Below are positions 45,751 to 54,535 of a DNA stretch of 60,910 bases, piece by piece. The DNA is from Bacteroidota bacterium. GTDB taxonomy: Bacteria > Bacteroidota > Ignavibacteria > UBA10030 > UBA8401. The notes beneath the pieces are model-generated. The model was not told where the DNA came from, searched no databases, and worked only from the letters and a program-made list of their open reading frames with translations. Location of the stretch: the NCBI GenBank assembly GCA_013361065.1, contig JABWAK010000004.1, positions 1-60,910 of the forward strand, written 5' to 3'. The translations under genes and the position numbers were made by a program. How positions within the stretch are numbered: position 1 is the stretch's first letter; each line of letters opens with the position of its first letter.

Positions 45751-45946
45751 ACTCCCTCCAGCAGATGAAGTAGAGAGAATATGACTGAAGCAACTCCTTC
45801 CTTCAACTATATTCCATTGTCCAATGAGGCCTGCCGAGAAAAGCACTGTCGCTCCTACGGAGCTCATCTGCACTTTTACTCAAAAGCAAAAACACCGCGC
45901 TCCTAACGGAGCGCATTCTATCCGCCCCGTCGGGACGTAATCTGTT

Positions 45947-46108
45947 GGAGAGGAGTTTTCTCTTGATCGCGCCCCGTAGGGGCGCAATGTACCAGCCCCG
46001 GAGGGGCGGCATGTGTTGGCCCCGTAGGGGCCTCATGTGTTGGAAGGGAATTTTCTCTTGAACGCGCCCCGTAGGGGCGCAATGTATCAGCCCCGTAGGG
46101 GCGGCATA
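45947..46108 (+). repeat. REP array: five G(C)CCC-GKA-GGG(G)C hairpins in two ~66-nt tandem units on the 5' flank of the RAYT gene
   Basis: Hairpins lie at 45969-45985, 45995-46007, 46018-46032, 46064-46080 and 46090-46102. Units 45947-46012 and 46042-46107 align. Confidence 0.85.
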
Positions 46109-46113
46109 AGAAC

Positions 46114-46701
46114 CTACAGCGACGAGAGGATCGTGACCGCTTTTTCCAACGCGCGGGCGCGGTGGCTGAGGGTGTTCTTTTCACCGATGGTCATCTCCGC
46201 ATAACTGCGCGAGTGACCATCCGGCACGAAGAGCGGATCGTATCCGAATCCCTGCTCCCCGCGCAGTGCTGTGAGGATCATCCCTTCCACTTTTCCTTCG
46301 ACCGTTCCCTCGAACTCCCTGCCCACGATCGCGATCACCGTACGGAACTGCGCCCGGCGCTTTTCTTCCGGCACTCCCTGCAGTTCCTCCAGCAATTTCA
46401 CGCAATTATCGTGGTATGTGGCCCCCTCCCCGGCATACCGGGCGGAGTAGACACCGGGACGCATCCCGAGTGCTTGCACTTCCAGACCGGTATCGTCCGC
46501 CATGGAGAGCATCCCGCTCTCGGCGAACGCTTCCCGCGCTTTCTTCAGGGCATTCCCCTCCAGTGTCGGCGCATCTTCCACCGTGACCGGACCGTTCGGG
46601 ATGTCCGCCAGCGAGCGGACAACGTACGGAAGTCCGGACAGGAAATGACGGATCTCTTCGACCTTATGCTTGTTGTTCGTGGCGAGCAGCAGCGGGGTCA
46701 T
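46114..46701 (-). CDS. rdgB: dITP/XTP pyrophosphatase (RdgB/HAM1)
   Basis: Start at 46701: MTPLLLATNNKHKVEEI...DDTGLEV.ALG..PGVYSARYAG...GFGYDPLF...TLSHRARAL. The 721-aa ORF in the track is this gene fused to an out-of-frame read-through of radA. Confidence 0.9.
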   Translation of the reverse strand: MTPLLLATNNKHKVEEIRHFLSGLPYVVRSLADIPNGPVTVEDAPTLEGNALKKAREAFAESGMLSMADDTGLEVQALGMRPGVYSARYAGEGATYHDNCVKLLEELQGVPEEKRRAQFRTVIAIVGREFEGTVEGKVEGMILTALRGEQGFGYDPLFVPDGHSRSYAEMTIGEKNTLSHRARALEKAVTILSSL

Positions 46702-46958
46702 GCGGTCTTCCGGGGAAAAATACCGTAGAACAGATTGATGAGGCTGGCAGCGGATGTGTAACTGTTCAGCAGGATGAGCGGGATGCTGTTGAGTCCGATC
46801 GCCTGCGCCATAAGCAGGCCGGAACCGAGTGCATACATGATGAGGAACGATTTCTGCATCGCTACCCGTCCCTGTTTGATGGTCTCCACTGTTTGCGGGA
46901 TCCAGCAGATGGCGAGCAGGAGGAATCCGCCGTAGCCAAGAAGGTCTAACATTGTCAT
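46698..46958 (-). CDS. PQ-loop / SemiSWEET-like 3-TM protein
   Basis: 86 aa, three TM segments, and a PQ motif after TM1 (ICWIPQTVETIKQG). ATGA overlap with the rdgB start. Confidence 0.55.
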   Translation of the reverse strand: MTMLDLLGYGGFLLLAICWIPQTVETIKQGRVAMQKSFLIMYALGSGLLMAQAIGLNSIPLILLNSYTSAASLINLFYGIFPRKTA

Positions 46959-47006
46959 AGTCTATCCGTGATTGATGGAACTGTGCCGCACCCGGCAGCT
47001 GCGCCG

Positions 47007-48365
47007 TTATCCGACGAGGTGTTTGATCGCTTCCTGGACCGTCTCGACGCCGATGATGGAGACCTCCTTCGAGGATTTCATCTTCTTCGCGTTGGTCTTC
47101 GGAACGATGATGGTCTTGAATCCGAGTTTCGCCGCTTCCTGCACCCGCTTGTCGCAATGGGCGATGGTGCGGATCTCGCCGCCGAGGCCGATCTCGCCGA
47201 TGGCGACGGTCTGCGAGTCCACCGGGATGTCGCGCAGCGAGGAGACGATCGCCGCCGCGATGCCGAGGTCCGCTGCCGGTTCGTCGATGCGGATGCCGCC
47301 GGCGATATTGACGAACACATCGTGCGCACCGGTGTTGATCCCCATCCGTTTGTCCAGCACCGCCAGCAGCATCTGCAGTCGGCGCAGGTCGAACCCGGTG
47401 GAGGTTCGCTGCGGCATACCGTAGTTGCTGGTGGAGACGAGCGCCTGCACTTCGATCAGGATGGGACGGGTCCCTTCGAGACTCGCCACGATGGCGGCGC
47501 CGCTCGACCCGTAGCTCCGTTCGGAGAGGAAGATCTCGGAAGGATTGAGCACCTCGCGCAGACCGGTATCGTGCATCTCGAAGATGCCGATCTCGTTCGT
47601 CGAGCCGAACCGGTTTTTGATGCCGCGCAGGATGCGGTACGAGTAATGCTTCTCTCCTTCGAACTGCAGCACCGCATCGACCATATGCTCGATGACGCGG
47701 GGACCGGCGATCGCCCCTTCCTTCGTCACATGGCCGATCAGGATGATCGGGATGTTCTTCGATTTCGCTGTCCGGGTGAGCATGCCGGTCGATTCGCGCA
47801 CCTGCCCGACGCTCCCCGGCGCACTCTCCAGGTTCGGATGGAACAGCGTCTGGATGGAATCGATGATGACCAGGTCCGGCATCGCCCGTTCGATGATATC
47901 GGTGATGGTCTCCAGGTTCGTCTCCGCCAGCAGCTGGATATTGCCGGAGGCTTTCCCGAGCCGTTCCGCACGCAGTTTCACCTGTTTCGGCGATTCCTCG
48001 CCGGTCACGTAGAGGATCGCTTTGTCCTTCAGATGGAGCGCCACCTGCATCATCAGCGTCGATTTGCCGATGCCGGGGTCCCCGCCAAGCAGGATCACAC
48101 TGCCGCTGACGATGCCGCCGCCGAGCACCCGGTCGAACTCCGCCAGCCCGGTGACGAACCGGACATCGGCGATACTGTCGACATCGTTCAGCGGGACCGC
48201 ATCCAGCTTCGACACAACGCCGCCGCTCTTCCGGACCAGCTTCAGCGGTGCGGGCGCTTCCTCGGCGAAGGTGTTCCATTCATTGCAATTGGGGCACTTA
48301 CCGGTCCACCGTGCGGAGACGTATCCGCACGACTGACAGACATATTTGGTGGTTTGTTTGGACAT
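47007..48365 (-). CDS. radA: DNA repair protein RadA/Sms
   Basis: N-terminal zinc finger CQSCGYVSARWTGKCPNC, Walker A GGDPGIGKST, the KNRFG motif, and a Lon-like C-terminal domain. Confidence 0.95.
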   Translation of the reverse strand: MSKQTTKYVCQSCGYVSARWTGKCPNCNEWNTFAEEAPAPLKLVRKSGGVVSKLDAVPLNDVDSIADVRFVTGLAEFDRVLGGGIVSGSVILLGGDPGIGKSTLMMQVALHLKDKAILYVTGEESPKQVKLRAERLGKASGNIQLLAETNLETITDIIERAMPDLVIIDSIQTLFHPNLESAPGSVGQVRESTGMLTRTAKSKNIPIILIGHVTKEGAIAGPRVIEHMVDAVLQFEGEKHYSYRILRGIKNRFGSTNEIGIFEMHDTGLREVLNPSEIFLSERSYGSSGAAIVASLEGTRPILIEVQALVSTSNYGMPQRTSTGFDLRRLQMLLAVLDKRMGINTGAHDVFVNIAGGIRIDEPAADLGIAAAIVSSLRDIPVDSQTVAIGEIGLGGEIRTIAHCDKRVQEAAKLGFKTIIVPKTNAKKMKSSKEVSIIGVETVQEAIKHLVG

Positions 48366-48381
48366 AATTATATCAATATAA

Positions 48382-48408
48382 CCACAAAGTCACGAAGGCA
48401 CAAAGGGG
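48382..48408 (-). repeat. Triple tandem nonamer (cccctttgt gccttcgtg actttgtgg on the minus strand), 17 nt upstream of the radA ATG
   Basis: Read directly. Same word family as 16665-16691 and the CTCTGTG triples. Confidence 0.65.
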
Positions 48409-48606
48409 GAATTCGGTCAGTAAAGGTGGAGAAATATCAAACAATATTTCGGCATTAGGCGGGAATTTATTTGAGCCGAAACCAACAATACACTCTCTGT
48501 GAATTGCAGACTCTTGATATTTGTAAATTGGTAGCATCATTTTACTGCATGATGCAATCAGGAATACTTATATAGTGACCAGTTCCTTATAATATGTCTA
48601 GGCACC

Positions 48607-49302
48607 CTATGGATTATCTTTTAACAATAATGTTTCTATCATCCTCTCAAAAGCTATCGTGCTTACATGGGCATCATTTGTTCGCAGGTATTCTTCGCCA
48701 GCAAAACCATGTATTGTGCTTGTGAATGCTGGGCCAACAACACAAAGGAAATCTTCTGCAAAAGTTATTAATGAAATAACATTTTTGTATGTCGTTGTTG
48801 GATAACCTGATATATCTATTGCTTCACGATGAGAAATCCTTTTATCGCGGAGAACTTTTAGAGCATTTAGCTCAATTGATGATTCAATTGTTGGCAGACT
48901 ATTGTTAAAATGATGTAATATGATATCAGTTAATGATAAATCCTTTAATATCTCTTGATTAACATCTCTACCTAGACCTTTAAGATTTTGAATTGTTAAT
49001 CCGGTTTCGATAATCGGCAAATTGGACTGATTACTTTTAATGTACTTTAATATTGTCGGGATGCTGATATTTGTATGACTTCGCTGAGGAGGTTCATACA
49101 ATTTGGTTACATGTATTATAAAATGATCAGCGAGAACACCCTGTATTTGCGAAAAAAACTGAGTGTAAGGTTTCCCCTCCAATTTATCACCCTGTTGACC
49201 TATCGCCATCAGCAAAGAATGAGAGCGTCTTGCCAAAAAGACATCAGTAACGATGCCATTTAGCATCTTCGTTAATTCATCTTTATGAAAAGTGGTAGTC
49301 AT
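48607..49302 (-). CDS. Hypothetical protein with an Rx5H HEPN-like motif (AbiU2/AbiV-like candidate)
   Basis: 231 aa and predicted mostly helical, in an AT-rich islet. LKVLRDKRISHRE (R152-x5-H158, nt 48829-48849) resembles the RNKxxAH-type HEPN active site of abortive-infection proteins. This is a motif-level call only. Confidence 0.4.
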   Translation of the reverse strand: MTTTFHKDELTKMLNGIVTDVFLARRSHSLLMAIGQQGDKLEGKPYTQFFSQIQGVLADHFIIHVTKLYEPPQRSHTNISIPTILKYIKSNQSNLPIIETGLTIQNLKGLGRDVNQEILKDLSLTDIILHHFNNSLPTIESSIELNALKVLRDKRISHREAIDISGYPTTTYKNVISLITFAEDFLCVVGPAFTSTIHGFAGEEYLRTNDAHVSTIAFERMIETLLLKDNP

Positions 49303-49648
49303 TTTTTGAGGTGCCTAACGGACTGGAGCTAAGTTGCGTGTCGACATTATTACGCAGTCACTACGTTTGTGAATTATGCGTTTTGAATATCCCGATGTTA
49401 ATTGTTGGAACTGATCACTTGATTAATCATATGGTCTCGTTCCACTTCGCGATACATGAAACACTATTCACACTGAGTCCGCCATGCCAACTTTAGCCAG
49501 CGGTTAGGCACCGAAAAGAATCTGATTGGAATTACTATGTCGGTTTATTGCAAAAGGATTCTCTCCAATATTTTAGAATAGGGTTTATTTCAATCTATTT
49601 TGTTTCAACCGTGGTAATGCAGTAGTAAAAAGTATCAAACGTCTGCAT

Positions 49649-50782
49649 TTATTTTATTCCGAACCAGCGGGCGCGGCGGCTCGAGCCAAAGATCTTCTTC
49701 TCGCCGGCAAGGGCGGCGGAAGGGTCCGTGAAGGTGCCCGTCGGCGGTCCCGCCAGGAATTCCACATCCACGCGTCCGACCCGTTCCTCTCCGAACTCGA
49801 TGTAGCAGGAACCTATTCCACGAAATGCAGGGGGTGCTTCGGTCCCCCGCACGCCGGCAATGATGTGTGCCGCCACCGTACGGGCTGCCCCTTCCGAGAA
49901 AACGCCCGCTTTGGGGGTTCCAACACTCGTCACGTCTCCGATAGCATAGACGTTGGGAAAGCGCGTCTTGAGCGTTGTCTTGTCAACGGGGATCCAGCCA
50001 TTCTCGGTCATGCCGCTCGCGGCCACCACTTCCGGGACGCAATGCTTGGGGATACCGAGGAACAGATCGTACGGCATCTCACTCCCGTCATCCAGAACGG
50101 CGACCCGGCGAACCGGATCGAGCGCGCTGACGAGCCGGTCGCGGACGTAGGTGATGCCCCGCTCAGCGAAGGCTGCTAAGATGGCCTGGGAGGTCGCCGG
50201 CGACGGCGGAATGGGGATGCCGAACGGCATGACGACGCTGATCCGGCAGGCATCGCGCACGCCGCGGGCAACAAGATAGTCATGCAGCAGCAGCGCGGCT
50301 TCACTCGGGGCCGGCGGACACTTGAATGACTTATTGGTGACGCCGATGATCGCGTGGCCGTTGGTGAAGGCGGGAAGCACATCCCGCAAGCGCGCTGCAC
50401 CGGCAAAGGAATAGAACTCATTACCCCCTTCCACCAGCCCCGGTGTTGCCGCCTGATCGTAATCGGCCCCCAGCGCAACGACGAGCACGTCCGCATCATA
50501 GGTCCCATTGGTCGTAGTGACGCGGCGTGCGTTCGGGTCGATCGCCATAATGGTCTCCTGACGGAAGCGCACCCCGGGTTTCGCAATGGTTCGGTACGGG
50601 ATACGCACAGCATCCGGTGACGTGCGGCCGAACATCACGTCCAGCTTCGAAAAGCCGAAATAGAATGAATCGTTCTGGTCGATCAATGTCAGATCAAGGG
50701 TATCACCAATGGTCTCGGACAGTATCGTGCTGAGTTCAAGCCCTCCGAAACCCGCGCCTAAGACGACCACTTTCAATTTCAA
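49649..50782 (-). CDS. FAD-dependent pyridine nucleotide-disulfide oxidoreductase, sulfide:quinone oxidoreductase-like
   Basis: MKLKVVVLGAGFGGLE Rossmann motif, FKCPPAPSEAA, and YAIGDV near the C-terminus. Confidence 0.72.
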   Translation of the reverse strand: MKLKVVVLGAGFGGLELSTILSETIGDTLDLTLIDQNDSFYFGFSKLDVMFGRTSPDAVRIPYRTIAKPGVRFRQETIMAIDPNARRVTTTNGTYDADVLVVALGADYDQAATPGLVEGGNEFYSFAGAARLRDVLPAFTNGHAIIGVTNKSFKCPPAPSEAALLLHDYLVARGVRDACRISVVMPFGIPIPPSPATSQAILAAFAERGITYVRDRLVSALDPVRRVAVLDDGSEMPYDLFLGIPKHCVPEVVAASGMTENGWIPVDKTTLKTRFPNVYAIGDVTSVGTPKAGVFSEGAARTVAAHIIAGVRGTEAPPAFRGIGSCYIEFGEERVGRVDVEFLAGPPTGTFTDPSAALAGEKKIFGSSRRARWFGIK

Positions 50783-50997
50783 TGCGCTTTCTCCTTTTTG
50801 TGATGTTTGTGAATACTGCGGGATGGATAACTGACGACTCTTACATTGCGCTGTAATGTGCCAACATGTCAGAGCTGTTTCAAAATTACCACGATCTACT
50901 TCTTGACATAGATTGTGTTTCGAATTCTCAGCGCATTGGTAAAAACGCGTTGAGACAGCAACATCGATTCAGGCCGAATTTCAGCCGGTCGGTACAA

Positions 50998-51381
50998 CTA
51001 TTCATTCGCGATTTCGTACGGATATATGAGAAGAAATATAGCGTATGCTGCTGGAATAACAAACGCCAAAAAGAAGATGGCACCAATTGTCTTTGAATAG
51101 TTTATCTGATTTGAATATACCGTTTTAATTTTTGACTGCGGGACAATCAATTCAGAGTTCGCTTGCCCGGTGATAATGATAGAGTCGTTTTGGTAAATAA
51201 CTGATACAATCGAATCACACTCTATCTCAAGTTTATCACCATCGTGAGTTTCAATGAGAACAATATTTTGTAATTCTGCCTGACTTGTTGATCTATCGAT
51301 TTGAAGCGGTAGTGGAGAACTACACCCACATGCGGTAAACATGAAAGCCGATAACGTAACCAGTGTTGTTATTTTTTTCAT
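50998..51381 (-). CDS. Small lipoprotein with a C-terminal TM segment, unknown function
   Basis: Lipobox in MKKITTLVTLSAFMFTACG and C-terminal TIGAIFFLAFVIPAAYAIFLLIY. AT-rich. Confidence 0.45.
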   Translation of the reverse strand: MKKITTLVTLSAFMFTACGCSSPLPLQIDRSTSQAELQNIVLIETHDGDKLEIECDSIVSVIYQNDSIIITGQANSELIVPQSKIKTVYSNQINYSKTIGAIFFLAFVIPAAYAIFLLIYPYEIANE

Positions 51382-51610
51382 ATTTAAGACTTACTGACAA
51401 ATGAATGCACTGAAAACTCAACCGCTCCACCCACTCCCCTCAAATATACTCCCCCGCTGTCAGTAGAGCAACCACAGAGAATGGCATAACCTCATTTGCC
51501 AAGGAATAGTCCGATAAACAAGACGGACAGCTCTATAATACGGAAGTGATAATAATGGGTGTACCTATGCTATCGCATTGGCAGAATAAACGGAGACCAC
51601 AAAGAAGTGG

Positions 51611-51649
51611 GAAGAACGAACGTCCGGACCGTTCTGTTCGGTCCGGACG
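51611..51649 (-). terminator. Terminator after dctM
   Basis: CGTCCGGACCG-aacagaa-CGGTCCGGACG followed by TTCGTTCTTC on the minus strand. Confidence 0.55.
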
Positions 51650-51658
51650 CGGAGGGTG

Positions 51659-52921
51659 TTATTGCACGAGCCAAAGGCTCAGTTCGGGCACGTAGGTGAT
51701 CAGAATGAGCGCAATGAAGAGGACGAAGATGAACGGCAGTGTTGCGGAGGCGACCTGACCGATGGTCTTCTTGAACCGGAAGCTCGCCATGAACAGGTTG
51801 AGTCCCACCGGCGGCATCAGGTATGCGATCTCCAGATTCGCCAGGAAGATGATGCCGAGATGGATCGGGTCGATGCCGTACTGCTTCGCCACCGGGACAA
51901 TGAGCGGCACCACGACGATGGCGGAGAAGATCTCCATCATCATGCCGATGATCAGCAGGAAGATGTTCAGGATGACCAGGAAGAAGATCTTGCTCGTCAC
52001 CACCGCGCTGATGTACTCGAACAGTTTCTGCGGCACCTGCTGGTCGATCAGATAACTGGTGAGTCCCATCGCGCAGCCGAGGATCATCAGGATCGCACCG
52101 ACGAGCACCATGCTCTCCTTCATCACCCGCGGCACATCGGTCGTCAGCTTCAGGTCCTTATAGATGAACACTTCCACCACGAACACATAGAACGCCGTCA
52201 CTGCTGCCGCTTCGGTCGCGGTGAAGAGTCCGCCGTAGATGCCGAAGATGATGAAGAACGGCAGCGGGATCTCCCACGCAATGGCCTTGATCGCCGCCCA
52301 CGCCTTTTTCGCATCGAACGGATGACGCGGAACATGCGATTTCCCGCCCTGCTGGATGCTGTAGATGGCCACGACGAGCATCAGGATCACGCCCGGAACG
52401 ATGCCGGCTTTGAAGAGCGCATCAACCGAGACCTCGGCGAAGGTGCCGTAGAGGATGATCGGGAGCGACGGCGGGAAGAGCAGTCCGAGACTGCCGGAGG
52501 TGGTGACCAGCCCGAGTGCGAACTTCTCCGAATACTTCTCGGAGAGCAGGATCGGGAAGACGAGTCCGCCGAGCGCCACGATGGTCACGCCGGAACCGCC
52601 GGTGAACGCGGTGAATACCGCGCAGCTGATGAGCACGACGATGGCGAGTCCACCCGGCATCCAGCCGATGAGCGCCTGCGCCAGCGCCACGATGCGCTGC
52701 GGCGCCTTGCTCTCGGCCAGGAAGTATCCCGCCACGGTGAAGAGCGGAATGGCAAGCAGCACCGGCTGACTGGCCAGACGGTAGAGTTCGATGATGATGG
52801 CGGCGGTATCGATCCCCTCCGAGGAGAATCCGTACAGCGAGATGGCGCCGATGATGGTGAAAAGCGGTGTTCCGAAGAGCACAAGGGCGAGCAGTCCGAG
52901 GACGATGTAGATGACCGGCAT
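51659..52921 (-). CDS. dctM: TRAP transporter large permease
   Basis: 420 aa polytopic membrane protein with typical DctM blocks (LFTVAGYFLAES, GGSGVTIVALG). Confidence 0.9.
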   Translation of the reverse strand: MPVIYIVLGLLALVLFGTPLFTIIGAISLYGFSSEGIDTAAIIIELYRLASQPVLLAIPLFTVAGYFLAESKAPQRIVALAQALIGWMPGGLAIVVLISCAVFTAFTGGSGVTIVALGGLVFPILLSEKYSEKFALGLVTTSGSLGLLFPPSLPIILYGTFAEVSVDALFKAGIVPGVILMLVVAIYSIQQGGKSHVPRHPFDAKKAWAAIKAIAWEIPLPFFIIFGIYGGLFTATEAAAVTAFYVFVVEVFIYKDLKLTTDVPRVMKESMVLVGAILMILGCAMGLTSYLIDQQVPQKLFEYISAVVTSKIFFLVILNIFLLIIGMMMEIFSAIVVVPLIVPVAKQYGIDPIHLGIIFLANLEIAYLMPPVGLNLFMASFRFKKTIGQVASATLPFIFVLFIALILITYVPELSLWLVQ

Positions 52922-53433
52922 CAGTGATGTCCTTCCGTGGTCGCCCAGTTGCCGCGGACGACCTCAACGATGCCGTTCAGCGAACGGACGAGGAAACGGA
53001 AGGAGATGAGCGCATACCCGGCCGGGATGATGATGATGAAGTACCAGCTGGGCAGATCCAGGATGAGGGTCGATTCCGATTCCATCTCCAGCTGCACGAA
53101 CGCCACGGACGCCTGCATGAGCAGATAGCAGATGACGGCGGCGAAGAGCGAGGAGATGATGAAGAAGATCTTGCGCGGTTTGTCCGACACCAGTTTCGTG
53201 AGGAATTCGATGCGCAGGTGACGTCCTTCGCCGGTAGCGATGACCGCGCCGAAATATCCCACCCACAGCACCAGATGGCGAAGGAAGATATCCCCCCATT
53301 CGATGCTCGATTCGAAGAAATTCCGGAGGATGACCTGTCCGAAGGCCATCAGGATCATGATGCCGAGCAGACCGACGAGGATCCAGCCGGAGATCCGTTC
53401 CAGCCAGTGGTCGAGGATGAGGATTGGTTTCAT
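52921..53433 (-). CDS. dctQ: TRAP transporter small permease
   Basis: 170 aa, 4 TM segments. Its stop overlaps the dctM start by 1 nt. Confidence 0.8.
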   Translation of the reverse strand: MKPILILDHWLERISGWILVGLLGIMILMAFGQVILRNFFESSIEWGDIFLRHLVLWVGYFGAVIATGEGRHLRIEFLTKLVSDKPRKIFFIISSLFAAVICYLLMQASVAFVQLEMESESTLILDLPSWYFIIIIPAGYALISFRFLVRSLNGIVEVVRGNWATTEGHH

Positions 53434-53500
53434 ACGGATATTGGAGAATGGACACCCGCTAACCCACGACTGAAGCCGTGGGTTAGCGGGTGATAAATGA

Positions 53501-54496
53501 TCATTTATTCTTCGCCCGGAAATCCGCGAGCGCTTTTTCCACGCGGTTCAGCAGATCTTCCGAGTACAGTTTCCCGACGAGCGCGCGGCGGGCCTTCCGG
53601 CCGATCTCATCGTACGTCTTCAGTTCCGCGGCATCCGGTTTGTTGAAGGTCATCTTGTTCTTCTTCAGCGTTTCCAGCGATTTCACGTTGTCCAGACGGC
53701 TCTTCTCGGTCAGCTTGCGCATGAATGCCTTGCCGTGCTTCAGCAGGATCTGCTGCAGGTCGGCCGGGATCTTGTCGAAATCACGCTTCGCGATCACGAC
53801 CGCACCGGAGGCATTGGTGAGCGGAAGGTCCATCAGATGGCTGGTGGCGGAGTTCCACTGGAGCGAGACGATCGCCAGCGGGGACGCATATGCGCCGGTG
53901 ATGAGTCCGGTCTGCAGCGAGGTGACCACATCCGTGATGGAAAGCTGGATCGGATTGATACCGATGGTCTTGAAGGTGACATCCGCCACCGGATCCCCTT
54001 CCCATTCCCACATCTTGATGCTGTGCAGGTCCGCGATCTTGGAGACCGGGGTCTTGGAGATGATATAGACCGAGCCGACCTCGGCCCAGCCGAGCAGGAC
54101 GAAGCCGCCGTTCTCGAATTCCTTATTGAACTCCCCGTCGAACTGCGTGACGATCTGGTCCACTTCCTGATGGTTCTTGAAGAGGAACGGCGCATCGAGC
54201 ACGCGGGCCGATTTGGCGATCTCGCCGATGCCGAATCCGGTGATGCCGGCGCTGTTGAACTGGCCGAGACGGATCTTCCGCATCACATCCTTCTCATCCC
54301 CGGCAACACCGCCGGCGTAGATGCGGAATCCGAGCCGTCCGTTGCTCTCCTTCCGGACCGCTGCATCATATTCCTTCATGATGTTGATCCAGGTGCTCCC
54401 TTCCGGAGCGAGCGTGGCGAATTTGATGACGAATTCCTGCGCGGCGGCCGGCAGGGTGAACAGGACGAGGAACAGCAGCGGGAGTATTCTTTTCAT
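53501..54496 (-). CDS. dctP: TRAP transporter substrate-binding protein
   Basis: Signal peptide followed by FATLAPEGSTW... DctP-type fold blocks. Confidence 0.87.
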   Translation of the reverse strand: MKRILPLLFLVLFTLPAAAQEFVIKFATLAPEGSTWINIMKEYDAAVRKESNGRLGFRIYAGGVAGDEKDVMRKIRLGQFNSAGITGFGIGEIAKSARVLDAPFLFKNHQEVDQIVTQFDGEFNKEFENGGFVLLGWAEVGSVYIISKTPVSKIADLHSIKMWEWEGDPVADVTFKTIGINPIQLSITDVVTSLQTGLITGAYASPLAIVSLQWNSATSHLMDLPLTNASGAVVIAKRDFDKIPADLQQILLKHGKAFMRKLTEKSRLDNVKSLETLKKNKMTFNKPDAAELKTYDEIGRKARRALVGKLYSEDLLNRVEKALADFRAKNK

Positions 54497-54535
54497 GATG
54501 ACCGACGAGTGGTGAGTGGCAATGGATTGTTGGGA

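Noticed and set aside
45751-45873. N-terminal 41-aa extension of the RAYT ORF.
   Set aside because: A strong GGAGGGAGT Shine-Dalgarno sequence directly precedes the ATG at 45750, and homology to Y1 transposases starts at MPNTYTQLFIHIVF. The extension runs through a REP-like hairpin (45851-45863).
46114-48279. A 721-aa ORF spanning rdgB, the PQ-loop gene and radA.
   Set aside because: Only its last 195 codons (from ATG 46701) look like a real protein (RdgB/HAM1). Upstream it reads radA out of frame, giving Arg/Pro/Gly-rich sequence. radA itself (47007-48365) is intact in another frame.
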